Source: Vitrella brassicaformis CCMP3155 (Eukaryota > Protista > Chromerida). From it: a stretch of DNA of 64,000 nt. The position numbers and the translations under genes are program-made. Shown here piece after piece: positions 11,972-25,481 of the stretch. The notes beneath the pieces are model-generated. The model made no database searches. It saw only the letters and a program-made list of their open reading frames with translations, and was not told the origin of the DNA. Numbering within the stretch: the stretch's first letter is position 1; each line of letters starts with the position of its first letter. The stretch is from contig CDMY01000464.1 in the NCBI GenBank assembly GCA_001179505.1, forward strand, positions 1 to 64,000, given 5' to 3'.

Positions 11972-13731
11972 ATGGGCGCTTGTCTCGCGGCCTCGCCACT
12001 TTCTGCTGGCGTCCATCCCCTGTCATCCCCGTCTGCTGCATTCTCGTGGCCGCCGCACCCTGCCCACTTGTCTACCAGAAGAAGGGTGGCGCGCCGGTCG
12101 AGGCTTTCAGCAGTGACGGTGGCAGATCTTCTCAACGACGTGCTCAGCCACAGGGAGAGGGAGCGGCTAGGTGCGGGTGCTGATGAAGGGCAACAAGACG
12201 TGGACAGAGAGCCGGGCCGTTTGCCTGCCTTGCCCGAAAGCTATGAGTTCGGCGAGGTGGTTGACCGAGAGGCTTTGCTGCGGAGGAATGTTGATGACGG
12301 CATTGTGGCGGTGGTTAGCCATCGTGAGGCTGAGAGCATTGTGGATAGCTATCACTCGTTGGATGGGCCTTCAGAGGTGTCCGTCACCGTGGATCTGGGT
12401 CTGCGGGAGATGAGGCTGCTGCTGAGCGAGGAAGGCGTCGCGCTGCTGGACCACCCTGATCGCATCCTTGCGTCCTGGGAGGTACCCAGCAGCAGTTGGA
12501 AGGAAAAGCTTCCTACCTGTGCGTATGTGTGTGCATCCGCCCATCCATTCGTTCAGGAGCTGGGTGACATTGTGGATAGGGGCCGGAAGGGGAGGGGCGG
12601 GTGCTACGAGCTTGTCGGCGACGGGGAGCACAAACCTCAGAGAGTGGCGAGCATCAGCGAGTCGACCGGGCGGCAGGCGGCGCTGATCCCGCCGCTCACC
12701 GACAATGGTACTTACTACCCAACTAACGAACACCGCACAGGAGACCCAATGCATCACTCCTTATTCCTCGTTCACTGGCTGCAGGTGCTCCGACGATGCT
12801 CCTTGCCGGCTTTGCCATGCACCGAGTCGTCAGCGATTCATCGGCATCGCCAGCATCAAAGCGCCGGTCATCGCCTGCAGATGACCCCCTCGCCACAGCA
12901 CGCGACCGCAAGCGGCGAAAAGACCGAGAGGACAGGCAGAAGCGACGGACGAGAGGCAGGACTCGCCCGAGTGACGATGGGTCGATGGAGCCGTGGAAGG
13001 ACACAATGAGGAAGCTGGAGAGCCTGGGGCCTGGGGGCGTGATGGGCCGAGTGCTAGACATCTGCACGGGGCTTGGCTACACAGCCATTGCCGCCAGCAG
13101 GGAGGAGGGGGCGCCTGCAGTGCTGACCATCGAGCTTGATGAAGTGTCCCTCGACATGTGCAGGTGTGAGAGGGACAGAGATTCACAAGGGAAAGGTGCG
13201 GATGGAATGCAATGCCTCTGTCGTGTGCTCAGGCGCAACCCCTGGTCCCGGGAGCTCCTGACGAGCGACAAAATCACCATGCTCAGAGGCGATGCCAGCG
13301 AACTCATCACCGAACTGCCCGACGGTACGACAATTGGCAGTGCTCTCATCTATCAATTGGTGCATTTCTGTCCCTTCCAACAGAGTCGTTTTCGGTGGTG
13401 ATCCACGACCCACCTGCCCGCGCCCTCTGCAAGGAAGGCGATCTGTTCGGCGAGGTCTTCTACAGCGAGCTTTATCGCGTGCTGCGGCGGGGTGGGCGGC
13501 TGTTTCACTACCTGGGCAACCCTGACGGGAGGGAAGGGCCCTCCCTCTACAAGTGAGAATGTCGATCATATCATCCTGTGTGTGCATGGGTATCGGTCTG
13601 TCACAAGTGCTGTTGCTGTGTTGTTGTCCTGTTGATGTGTGTACAGGGGTGTGATGGAGCGTCTGAGTCAGCAGGGGTTCTGGTCAATCAGAAAAGTGCC
13701 GAGAGCGTTCGGCTTAGTGGCCAGGAAGTGA
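11972..13731 (+). CDS. SAM-dependent methyltransferase of the COG2521 (predicted archaeal methyltransferase) type, with an N-terminal extension
   Basis: APTMLLAGFAMHR...RVLDICTGLGYTAI...NPWSRELL...IHDPPAR...FYSELYRVLRRGGRLFHYLGNP...GVMERL, matching the recalled family consensus. Confidence 0.8.
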
Positions 13732-13984
13732 CACGATGTGGGCGGGTGGGTGGATGACCAGAGGCTGTGTCGATGGCGAGTGAATGAGACTCTTACTACA
13801 CGTCTGCGTGCATATGGATGGATTGACAAAAGGGGCGAGTGGATGCCGCTCAGAGAGCCCACATACAATCACTTATGGAGACGCACGTGAGCGGGGCATC
13901 GATCACCCGTCCACACACAACACACGTCCACCCATAGCTATGCCGCGCAGATCTGTCCATCCATCAGTGACATGTGTATGTTCT

Positions 13985-14904
13985 TTAGCCAGCTCGCTTC
14001 AGAATGCGCAGGAACTCATCCTCGCTAACCATGCCGTCCTCGTCCTTGTCAGCCTCACGAATCATCTCGCGTAGCTGAACACACACACACAGATGCACCA
14101 TGTACCCCTGCCTCTCTTCGGTGTCTCTTTGGCTCGCTCACGCTGACCTCTTCATCGGACATGGTCTCGCCCAGCTCCTGCGCCACCCTCTTCAGGTCCT
14201 CAAAGGCAATCTGACCCGAGGCACCCGCAAACAACCTGTACGCCTTCTGGACCTGCTCACGGCTGTCCTTCTCGCTCTGCGTGCACCACAACCGGCACGA
14301 TACACACAGACAGACAGACAGACAGACAGAGAGAGATGGACACCGGCCTCCCCGCCTGGCCTGGCTGTGTGTCACCCCTTACCATTTTCTGCGTCATGAC
14401 AGCAAGGAAGCCGTTGAAGTCGAGCAGCTGCTGTGACTGGCCCTGCCCGCCTGCACCAGCAGGCGGCACTCCCGGGGCCGTCGCCCCGTGACCGCCCTTC
14501 TCGAGATCTCCAACGAGCTTCTTGAGCTCTTCTTTCCTGGGCTCGAACCCCAGTGCGCGGAGGGCAACTTTCAGCTCCTTGGCGTCAATGGTGCCTGATG
14601 CCAACATGCAAAAGGAGAGGCGGGGGGTGCATGGCATGCAGCGAAGAAGAAAGCAGTGTATGTGCGTGCAGTACAGTACCCGTGCCGTCGGTATCGAAAA
14701 GATCAAAGGCCTCCTTTATCTCTGCAGATACATACGCACGCATGCCACCCTTCGGCTGTCCCATCCCGACCCTGCATGCCATGACGTCTCCCTTTTACCT
14801 GCTTTCTGCTCTTCCTTGAGGTCTATCCGAGCCTTGCCACGAATCTTGCTCCTGCGCCCAGGACCACCCTGCGCAGCAGCCCCTGCCGCACCCGTAGTAG
14901 CCAT
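13985..14904 (-). CDS. Centrin (caltractin) family EF-hand protein, divergent
   Basis: [37 protein letters not shown]; [41 protein letters not shown] at 13985-13987. Confidence 0.92.
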
Positions 14905-15086
14905 CAGCAGCTGCCAAGCAAAGAAGCGCCTTCAAGTTTTCCACCGGCAGTCTCCGATCGACATGGGGGCTGAGGGGGCCGTTTGCGCTTGCTGTAGTAG
15001 GAAGATCGGGGCCCCGCCATCGCGTCGTCCACAGACGAAACATCCGAGGCTATTCTGCGACCTTTCACGCAAGCCCGCTGAACAGG

Positions 15087-18000
15087 ATGGAGGGTGACTT
15101 CGCAACGAGTGCAGCCAGCCCCGAAGTGGCGACCCTCCCCTTGGCGCCTCCGTTTGACCTCGACGATACCCCCGTTCCCCTCGACGAGCCCATACCCATC
15201 CTCCTCATCGAAGATGAACAGGAACAAGCCGAGCAAGAGGGAGCCCATTCTGCAAAGGCCGACGCCAAGACGAACGAGGCCCTGGCTCGTGCGGCCTCTG
15301 ATGCGCTGCTCCACCGGCCCCTCACAGCTGCCGCCGCGGCGCATGCTTCTGCTCTGGCCAACGTGCCATCCCGAAAGGGCACCTCTCATTCAGAGGAGCA
15401 GAGGAGCGACCGCCTGTCCAAGATCTCGTCTTCGGACTCCCGCGTGCCGTCCAAGGGAGGTCAGCGCAGGAACCGCAAGAGCCTCATCCTGCGTGTGACG
15501 CCGACCAACATTGCTGGTGCGATGAGTGCGTTCTTCGACGGGGGGTGCGTCAACTCGCCCACACTCGAGTATGCCAGGTCGACGAAGGCTGTGGGGCGGG
15601 ATTTCCAGAAGCACCGCGTCAAGAGTGTCGACCCTTTCCTGTACGACATCGCCGTGAGGATTCTGGACCAAGTCAAAGTGGGTGTGGTTGAAATTTGGGG
15701 AGGCGAAGAGGATAAATAGAGAAGACTGTCTGTGTATGACGTGTGTCTTGTGTGTCTTTGCCAGGGCACCTATGGCAACACGAGGGCGTATTTGTCCGCA
15801 TTGTATGGCGAGGAGCAGGCCAAGCCTGAACAGATGCGGGAGCAGGTCATCCAGTACATCGCCGCCCTAGGTAACCGCATAGAGACAAAGACACACACAC
15901 ACCAGGTGACCTCCATCTCTCCCTGTTGTGTGCGTTAATCCAGCGTTGAAGACGAGGGTCAAGGTGGTGTTGGCCAAGAGTCTGCTGTCCGTCGCCAATA
16001 TCTTCAAGGCGTCGCCAGAGGACCCTTTCATCCTCTACCTGCAGAACGCCCCCCTGGCCAAAGGGATGGTGCTGCCCGTGTGCGACCACGAGATCGGCAC
16101 GCACCTGCTGCGAATGATGAACGAGGAGAGGCAGTGCTGGCACCGAAATCGACACAAGTGAGTGTGAGTGGTAACACAGACAGATATCGAGGATTGAGGG
16201 CGGGAGTAGAGATGGCTGTGTGGTGGACTGATGTGCAGGTATGACCTGAGGAACCATTTGACGACCGAGGAGGGCCTGGCGGCTCTCAACTCGCTACTGT
16301 CTCTGCCCATTCTGCTGCTCTGGTCGCCAGCACTGAGATACTACGCCACAGCCAAGGTCACAGGGAGAGACACAATGAAGCCATGCATGGGAAGCTTCCG
16401 TATCCCTGTCTATGCTGTCCAAAGGCTACTGAGTTGGGTTTCGCTGAGTTGTTTCATGACCTTGAAAAGTACCTGGAGGATCCGCAGAAACGATTCCGAT
16501 TGTGCATCAGGTGCCTGCCTTTCAGAGGACCTGATGGCAGGACAAGAATACTTGCATCCTTTTTGTCTCACTCGTCAGAGTGAAGAGGGGCCTGATCGAC
16601 ACCGCACAGGCAGGATCATTCGACCTCGACCAGGTACAAACGCGGTGTGCTCGGAGATTGTGTCTCAGCTCACTGGCCGCGTATGTGTTCGTGTGTTTGT
16701 GTGTTTGTGTGTTTGTGTAGACGTACTTGAATGGTGCTGTGCAGTTGCTGATGCACCGCCATGAGATCGACTTCCCCCTCCTCTACTCGGGGCAGCTGGA
16801 CCTCAACGACCTGCCCAGGGTAGGGCAATGGAGGCAAAGATGCGGGCGTGTAGTGCCCAAGAGGATGGCCTTTGTGTGTTGTGCTGCGTGTGTTAGGCCA
16901 AGCGGATGGCTCGTCGTGACTGTCTCAAGCTGCCATCCTTCCTGAAATCGCCCAAACAGGTGTGGTGCTGCTACCTTACCTTTCACACCAACATACAGAA
17001 AGACGTCTATGTCCTTGTGACTTCTGGTGGTTGGTGCAGGTGTGGACGTATCGCCGTTTTCTGGACAAGGTAGCTGAGGCCAACCACATCCCCGACCCCA
17101 TGGCGCCACTGTTCAGACCGCCTCTGTTCAACGGCAGGGACTATGCCACAGCAAACGGGGTACCTACCGTACACAAATCGATCAAATCAATACACTCCCG
17201 TCGTGTCTCATCGTCTCATCTATCTATTTGACTTGCTTGAACCCTTCCCTCATTCAGTCGACCTTGTTCAAGCTCCGCAAGCCGTCATCCACGGACCACA
17301 TGGCAGCCTACTACCAGAGGGTCGCTCCCCGCCTGGTCGCCTCATCCACCGTCTCCAACCTCACCGACCTCACACGGATCGCACGGGCCGCCACCAGCCC
17401 CCCAGGGGCGCACCACACCTACGTCATGTACCGTACCACCACACCGGACACCAACGCCACAACCACCTGCAGCAACAATACTGGAGCTGCAGGCGTGATG
17501 GCCCCTCTGAAGCTGCCCAAATCGGCCACTGCTGCCAAGCACGCTGCTGCCGCGAGCAAGCCCGCGACCACCAGGCCACCGAAGGACGCGAAGCATGACA
17601 AGAGGAAGGAGGTAGACACGAGGATAAGGCGGTCCAACTCCACTGCCGCAGTGATGGCCAGCCCGCTCAACAAAAGCACCACCAGACGGCGGCATCATGA
17701 CGCAATGAATCAGAAGAGGAAGGAGGCTGCACCGGAGGGCGAGACGGACAACGACAAGAAGGAGGAGGAGGCATCAGCGGAAGACAAGGCTGCCGAGAGG
17801 ATCGTGTACGGCACTGCTGCTGAAGAGCCGCACAAACCTGACGCAGAGAAACCCATGGACGAGACACCGCAGCAGCGGCAGCAGCAGCAGCAGCAGGAGT
17901 TCACGGAACAGCCGACGAAGGACGATAGTAGAGCCGAGCTGGCAGAGACACAGGACAGAGCCAGCCCTACTGACAAAGTGAAGAGCCCCAGACCGCCCCC

Positions 18001-18490
18001 TCCTGCTGCTGCGTCCCCGCGCCACAGCCCACACCTCGGCAGGAAGAAAGTCAATCGTGGCGCTAGTGGCACCCATCCCCATCCCCACCCCCCCCCTCGC
18101 TCACCCAACCAACAACCAGCCAAACAGTTCGCCTCCCGGCTGACCCGGCGGGCCACCACAGGCAGCCTCAACACCAAGACCACCAAAGTCAAAAGAAGAA
18201 AGAAGGCTGACGCGCCCAAGCGAAAGAGGAGCTCGGCCGATAACAATGTGGGTGTGCACAAGGCCAAGAGAGTGGTGCGCAAGCGGAAGGGCACGGCAGA
18301 CAGGCGGGGGAGGGACGGGGGAGAGGGAGAAGCGGAGGGGGAGGCGGATGACTTCGTGGGGGTTGATGAGGGTGAGGGTGAGGGCGAGGGTGAGAGTGTG
18401 TGTTCTGCGGTGTACACTGGCCCCGACGCTGCCTCGTGGCAGCTGCCGATGGACATGCCCCTGCCGCTGGCAAAGACCTCGGCAGAGTGA
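15087..18490 (+). CDS. MATCAP/KIAA0895-like (DUF1704) metallo-carboxypeptidase, putative tubulin detyrosinase, with a long low-complexity C-terminus
   Basis: Atypical HExxxH motif DHEIGTH (16084-16104), TEEGLAALNS, ALRYY, FAELFHDLEKYLEDP, VKRGLIDT..G.F..DQ.YL.G and IDFPLLYSG. Confidence 0.85.
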
Positions 18491-18782
18491 ATGAATGAAT
18501 GGGTCTCGTGTGCTGTGCTGTTTTGCGTGGCTGTGCATGTGTGTGGTGTGATTGATTGAGGGAGAGGGCTCTGTGTGTGTTTGTATTGTATGTCTGCACA
18601 GCACAAAATAGATGGATTGAGTGACCGAGTGAGTCGACAGCCAGACAGACAGCCACCACGGTAACTGTACTGTACGTCTTCTAGACACACATAACATATG
18701 CACCGCACCAACGTACACACATACATATGATATGTACATAGACACATTCATTCATAGACACCACACATGGACATATCGCTAC

Positions 18783-19947
18783 TCAATCGTCATCACCCTC
18801 CTGCTGCTCCAGTGGAGCACCATTGTGTGTGCCCCCCTCCCTCTCAATGCCCTCGTCAATGGCCGTCAGCTTGGCGGGCGGCATGTGGTGCCGCCCCCAC
18901 AGCGGCCCAGCATTCACCATGGCGTCTCCTGCCCCTCCGTGTGTGCTTATCGCCAAGAGGCCCATGGGCGCCGAGATGTGCATGTTGAAGTAGGACGAGT
19001 AGAAGCTGTTGAAGTCTATGCGGGTCAGCAGGTTCACCAGGTGGTGCTCGTACTTGCTACGGCTGATTGAACCAACAGGTAGGGAAGGAGAGGAAGGTGC
19101 AGTCAGTGCAAGAGGGAGCAGGGGGTGTGTGTAGGGTGTGGTGTGTGGGTTTGCGTACTTACCTGTGTGTGACGAGGTGTTGCAGGAAGTCTCTCAGGTG
19201 TTTGTCGAAGGTCTTCTCGAACTTCTGAACCATCCTGAGAGGGAGGAACAGACAAGGCCGGGCAAGCAACACAACACAATGATGATCCCATCTTGTTTGC
19301 CTGTGTGCTGTGTATGATAGACGTGCCTGAAGTATTTCTTCTCCGACATCATCTTGGAGAGGTTCTCACCCCGCAGCTGCATCCGGGCGGTCCGCCGCTC
19401 CCACGAGTTGCCGCCCAGCACACCATCCTCACCGGCCAGAGACCCCTGACAGACAGACACACGCCACTCCACTTCACACGTGGCAATGATGGATGTGTGA
19501 TGCACATGCTGCTACCTTGGGGCCGGTGTCGGATCCTCTGAACTTGGTGCTGGCAGTGGAGTGGCAGTGCAGTCGATGCAGACGCACAGCGAGGGAGGAC
19601 ACATGCATGACATATATGGGTGGATTGTGTGTCCGCCCCTTGCAGTGCTTGCACCACCCACCTGAAGCGCCACAAGTTCTGTGCGAAGAGTGAACATGAG
19701 GTCAGGATCTTGGACAACGACTTGACCAACACTGACGCCTTCAGGTGATGACACACACAGAGATAAAGAACGAAGCAGACGTGCATGTGGTCAAGTCGGG
19801 GGTTGCCTCTGCTGCCTGCCTTCCTACATACCTCTGTGAGAAGCGATTCCTTGAGGCAGTTGTCCAGGAACCGTTCGTGTCGCTCCAGCACCTCGTCGAA
19901 CGAACGCACAGTCTGAAGCTCACTCATGAACTGAGCGCGCGCGCGCG

Positions 19948-19981
<34 letters not shown>

Positions 19982-22900
19982 TAAACACACACACACATAC
20001 ACAGACACAGAGGGCTGGTGCTATTGAATGGATCTCTCTCTGTGTGGGCGTGAGTGAGTCACCTAACCTACCTGGTGCCACTGTGGTTCCAGTACTTCTA
20101 CGGTGAAGTAGTAGACGTAGTTGCGGCAGAAGTGCAGCATTCGCTGCCGGGTGAAGTACGAGTTGAGCAGCGCGTTGTGCAGGTTCAGCTCCTTCGTGTG
20201 CTGGTGATCCTGAACGAACAAGAAGCCAAGCCACACACACCACACCACACCACACCAACCTGGCCATCGACGGTGCGTCGAGTGCATCATCAGATGAACC
20301 ATACCTGCCAGACGTCGCACAATTTTCTCTCGACGAATTTGCAGAAGAGCAGGTGCCGAAATATTAGCTCGTACTTGAGCATCGACACTCGAGTAAACAA
20401 CTGCAGCCAACCACCCATAACATGCAACCACATCCACCATCCCCTCCCTCTCCTGCCTCTACCTACCTACGCACCCACCAGGTTGAGTGGCCATTCCGCC
20501 GTGTATCTGATGGAGAATGCGTGGAAGCCGTACGATGGCGCCTGCTGCTTGGGGTCGGGAATGGCTGTGCTCGACGTGGCCGGCACTGTGTCTGAGAACA
20601 GGAAGGCCGGCAGAGGCTTGGGGGCTGCTGCTGGTGGGACTGGTGCTGGTGCTGGAGGGGGTGCGACGGGAGGGTCCGCCACTGATGGCTGCAGGGCGGT
20701 GGGGTGCTTGCCCTTGTCTGAAGAGGCCAGGTAGTTGCAGGCATTCTGGCGGACAGAGGGAGAGAGACGAACATGCATAGGCAGACACGGGTAGGGTGCC
20801 CGTGGGCTGGGCGTGGTGTGGTGCGTTTGAGTACATACCAGGTACATGTATGGTCGGAGGGTGCAGGTGATGCTGTCACGGTAGGGGTCTGATGGAACGA
20901 ACGGAGAGAGAACCGGAGAGGCGTGGCATCCAAACACGACACGTGCACACGTGTGCACATGACATGATGTGTGTGTATGCTTGTACCGACCTTACCGTTG
21001 GCAGTGGATGAGGTGCGTATGGCGAGGTCCAGCAGGGACTCCAGCTTGCTCAGCGCCACACACGACACGCTCTTCTCCAACTCCTGCACATGATTATAAA
21101 CACGACCAAGTGACGCGCAGCGCCACACATGTCAGTCAAGGTGTCAAGGAATCGATGAATGACGTAAGTACATCATTGGCCGCCTCCAGGAACTGGTAGA
21201 AGAAATCGGCCCTGCAAACCAAACCACACAACACACACGCACCGCACACACCACACATCACATGCAGGCAAACGGCTGAGTGCATCCTATCCATGTCGTG
21301 TTTGTGTGTCTTACTTGTCGAGTAGGAAGAAGTGCTTGACAGACAGTAGGCGGCCCTTGAGGTCCAGCTGCCGCCAACAAAACTCTACCAGACTCATCGA
21401 AGCCCACTCGTACGCAGCCTCTACCAACTCAGTGTACGTTCTGCATTGCATTCATTGCAATCAACACACAGCACAGCACAACCAACACTCATGGACGTAC
21501 GTATACGGACTGACGGCATGATGGCGCGTCTTTTTTTCGCCAGCCAGCTCTTACTTACGCGAATTGGTTTGTGTACTTGATCTTGGGGGTCTCTCTCGAC
21601 TTGAGTGCGGCCGCCTCGCTGCCCCCCTGGCACGACAGCAGCACGTTCAGATACTTGCCCGTCTCCAAAATCTGCACACACACATCGTGAGGCATTCACT
21701 CCACAGTGTTGGACGGACGGATGTTGGCCGCCACCTGCTGTGCTGCCGGCTGAGCTGACCTTTTTCTTGGTCTCCTCCAGGAAGACGGGAACTCTTGTGT
21801 CGTCTAGGACGAATTTGCGTTCCCAGTAGCGGTCGCCGGTGCCGCCCTCAGTGTCGATTGGCATGAGGGAGGGATCGGACATGATAAAGAACTCATCGTA
21901 CGGGTCGTCCAGACAACCCTGGTGGATGGCATCACGCACACGGGTTGGATGTGTGGTGTGGTGAGGCGTGGTGGGGTGGGGCGGCTGTACTATACGTGGT
22001 ATAGCCATTTGGTGAGCATGTCGAACAGCGGCTCTGACGCCCTCGTCAGCAGAAACTCACCCAACTTGCGCGAATTCGGGGCACTGACATACACACATGC
22101 AATGCACAATCCAGACAGACAGACAGACAGAAACGGTGTGGTGTGTGTATGTTGTGTGTCTGCCTGGATTGTGCATTGCATGTGTGTATGCGATGCGTGT
22201 GGTGTGACCTGCTGGTCTCGAATGTGACGCTACGTATGCCGCTAAGCAAATCGCCACCCTTGCGCCTAAGCACAACAAACAAGACAAGAGATGGATAAGT
22301 GCGTGTGTGTATACTCACTGGTGTGTCGGACAACACCCCCCCACCCCCCGACCTGTAGTTTCGTTTGGCGACGCAGTGTAGCATCTGCATGGTCTCGCGT
22401 GCTGGCTGCATGAGGAACCACAGCTTGGATATCCGAAGCGTGCCGCGACGCAACTCCGTCTCCAACTGGGACACAAACACCTGCACCATTGGACGGACAT
22501 GGTGGACGGGACGTCCACGCGTCCACACACATACGAACAAATGCACCCGTGAGTGTGTGGAATGTGCTGCACTGCACCAAAGGCCCGACCTGGTACTCCC
22601 CCAGGAGCGTCTGCATGGCTGCGCAGAGGGCCTGTGACACCAACCTGACCAACAGAGGACGGGAAGCGACACAAAAGTAAATAAATACTCACAGGAGAGG
22701 GCGGGGTGGTGTCGGTCGCTGCCTCCTGGGTGTTGTGGTGCTGTTGCTGCCCACCCGTAGTCATGCCGCCAGTGGGTTTCCACGAAGGCACACACAGAGC
22801 GGTGGAAGGTGCAGAGGTTCGTCACATTCTCCACCATCTGCAGCTCGCCTCGCCACACATGCGACGCGACACACATGATATGATTCCCATTTCTCTCTGT

Positions 22901-23084
22901 CCGTACGTCAATGAGTGCATCCATTCATCACATGCATCACATCCCATACCCGGACGAGCGACGGGTCGGCAGCAGGGTCACCCTTGAGGTTGGTGTCGAT
23001 TCTGAAGTCGTAGATGGGCAGGTCGTAGGGAGCTGACACATCCAGATGTCCAGAATGTGTGCAGGTCAGGTGTGTGAGCACCCC

Positions 23085-23115
<31 letters not shown>

Positions 23116-23969
23116 TGTGTGCCGTCCGAGCACACACACACACACACACACACACACGCGCACACACGTACAGATGCGTCTGTCAGATGCCTGGATGTAG
23201 GTGCCCTGACGGCCCATGAGGACGAACAGTATGTCCTCCAGCAACACGGCCTCCTGCTCCTCTAACTGATCGATCCACACATCACATCACACAGACACAC
23301 AGGGCAGGTGTGTGATATGCGCATGCAGCCAGTGTTGCGTGTCTGTGCGTACGTACCGATAGCTGCGACAGCTGCACGTTGGCCGGCGTCCGCGCATTCG
23401 ACTCTGACAAGACAAGCACACACTCGGCCAGCCACGTGGATACTGTGCGTGTCTGTCCTCCAGGCAGTGAGTGCATATATCACCATCCTACCGAGTGCTG
23501 CTCGCTGTCGCCTCTCCTCTTCACCTTGTTGGGGGGATGGATATCACATAAGCTAAGCTGTGTGTACTGCGCCAGTGTGTAGTGTACCTCTGGCCGAATG
23601 TACGAGTGCGGGTCGCTTCATCAGCCACTCGGGAGCCGGCGGCACGTCAGCCTTCAGCAAACGCCACTGAGCACGCGATGTACCCGACGCTGCACACACA
23701 CACAAGGAAGCACTTACGGCCATTCAGCTATGGCTATTGGTTTCCTCACACGTACTTCCGTCGGCCCGCACACAGGTGGTTTGCGATTTGGTGGAGCCGC
23801 GGGGCACCTCAGTGGGCAGCGGGAGCTCCTGCACAAGAGAGCACACAACACGCCCACAGTGTGGTGTGTGTGAAGGTCTATAAATGCGCCCCCCGTCCGT
23901 ACTGTGAGTGCGGGTGTGGCCATGGTGGTCAGATACTGCCCGAACTTGGACCGCAGCAGCACTGACAAC

Positions 23970-24004
<35 letters not shown>

Positions 24005-25260
24005 CAAGTTGTCCACACATCCTCTCCGTCAGTATCCAGTGAATGTGTGTGTGTGTGTGTGTGCCTGGTTGGTTGAGTCTGACGTCGGACCGATCGTCGG
24101 CTGGGTCGTCGGGATTTACTACTGTCCAACGACACAATTCAGAACCTGATATTGAAGACGCACGCACACACGCTCGTCGTCCGTCCGTCTATCGGCCGGC
24201 CGGTATTGTTGCTTCCGTGGACTGAGTGAGTATACGCGCCTGTAGCGTCGTGCGATTTTAGTGTTTCGATGGTGACTGTCGACTGAGCCGTCACCGACAG
24301 CAAACCCGCACACTCACACGTACCTGCACAAGGACAGAAGACCATCCGCTACGCCTTTGTATCAACATGGTTTCTCCTGCTGGTGCACCGACCAGGGCTG
24401 GGCTGCCTCTGCAGGGCTACCGTGTCCAGGAAACGAACCGTCTTGGCATACTTCCTGCACACACAGACCAGACCCCCACTCACACTCACGCACCAACACA
24501 CACACACACACACACATCTGCCAATATCTTTACTGCACTGCACCTGTCGTCGAAGTTGAGTATGACAAACTCGGATGGCGGGGTGGGCGACTCCCCGGGA
24601 GGGTCAAACAGACGGGGGGAGGGATGGGTGCCGCTCAGGTCCACACAGTAGGACGGCGGCCGGCTGCTGCTGTCTGTCTGCCCGCTCAGACTGCCTGCGT
24701 CGGGTGTGGCCGCGAGATACGGCTGTGGCTCGCTGCATGACCGGATGCCGATCTGCAACACCAACAGAACAGCGGCGAACAGACTGAATGATTGGCGCTT
24801 AGCGTCCGTCCACCCATTATATTATATTGATGGCTGGCCCACCTACCTTTGTGCGATAGAAGAGGTGCTCGTGGAAGACCTGCTCCTTCCCCCGCGATGC
24901 ATCCTTCTCCCTTCCACGCCCCTCTACGCCGCCCACATGACCGGTCCAGCCGTCAGCCGCCGACCGCCCCTCCCACCTGCCCCTGCCGCCCCGCTCCACA
25001 TCCCAGTTTCCTATACCAGCGGGGGATGGTCCCGATGGGCCTGCAATCGTGTTCGGCATGCTAGGCAGCGGCCGTCTGTAGCTCGGCTGGTGTGTGTCGT
25101 CGCCATTGAGGGTGGGGATGGGTGGCTCATCCGCCGGTTTGTTGTGTGTGACGCCGTTGAGCCTTGGCTGTCGGTCTGGAAGTGTGGTGGATGAAGGGCG
25201 GAGCCGGGTGCTGTCCTGGGCGGCCTCGCGAGCTCTGTCCACGGGAATGTGGCCTGCCAT
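18783..25260 (-). CDS. TUBGCP2: Gamma-tubulin complex component 2 (Spc97/GCP2 family), many exons
   Basis: QEAVLLEDILFVLMGRQGTYI, ASEPLFDMLTKWLYHGCLDDPYDEFFI, YWERKF, ILETGKYLNV, YELIFRHLLFCKFVERKL, RQRMLHFCRNYVYYFTVEVLEPQW and LLTRIDFNSFY. Confidence 0.9.
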
Positions 25261-25460
25261 GACGGAATAGTGGACAGGCGATGGATGGATAGCTGAGAGC
25301 AGGTGAGAGCTACGAGGTGAGGCGGATCTTTGTCGAAGGAATCGGGAAGATCAGCTCAAAAGATCTTCCAATCAGCCATCCTCAGGCTACGTGGCTGGTT
25401 CGTGTCGTCCTTTCCTCCTTGTTCTGTTTTTCTCGTCCCTTGTGTCCGCACGGATGCCGG

Positions 25461-25481
25461 AAACCCTAAACCCTAAACCCT
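25461..25481. promoter_or_regulatory. (AAACCCT)3 telomere-type/telo-box motif in a divergent promoter
   Basis: aaaccctaaaccctaaaccct lies between the ATGs at 25260 (-) and 25592 (+). A regulatory role is inferred only. Confidence 0.45.

Noticed and set aside
25461-25481. (AAACCCT)3 as a telomerase RNA template or chromosome end
   Set aside because: Three full repeats exceed the usual ~1.5-repeat template, the site is inside a short divergent promoter, and genes continue on both sides.
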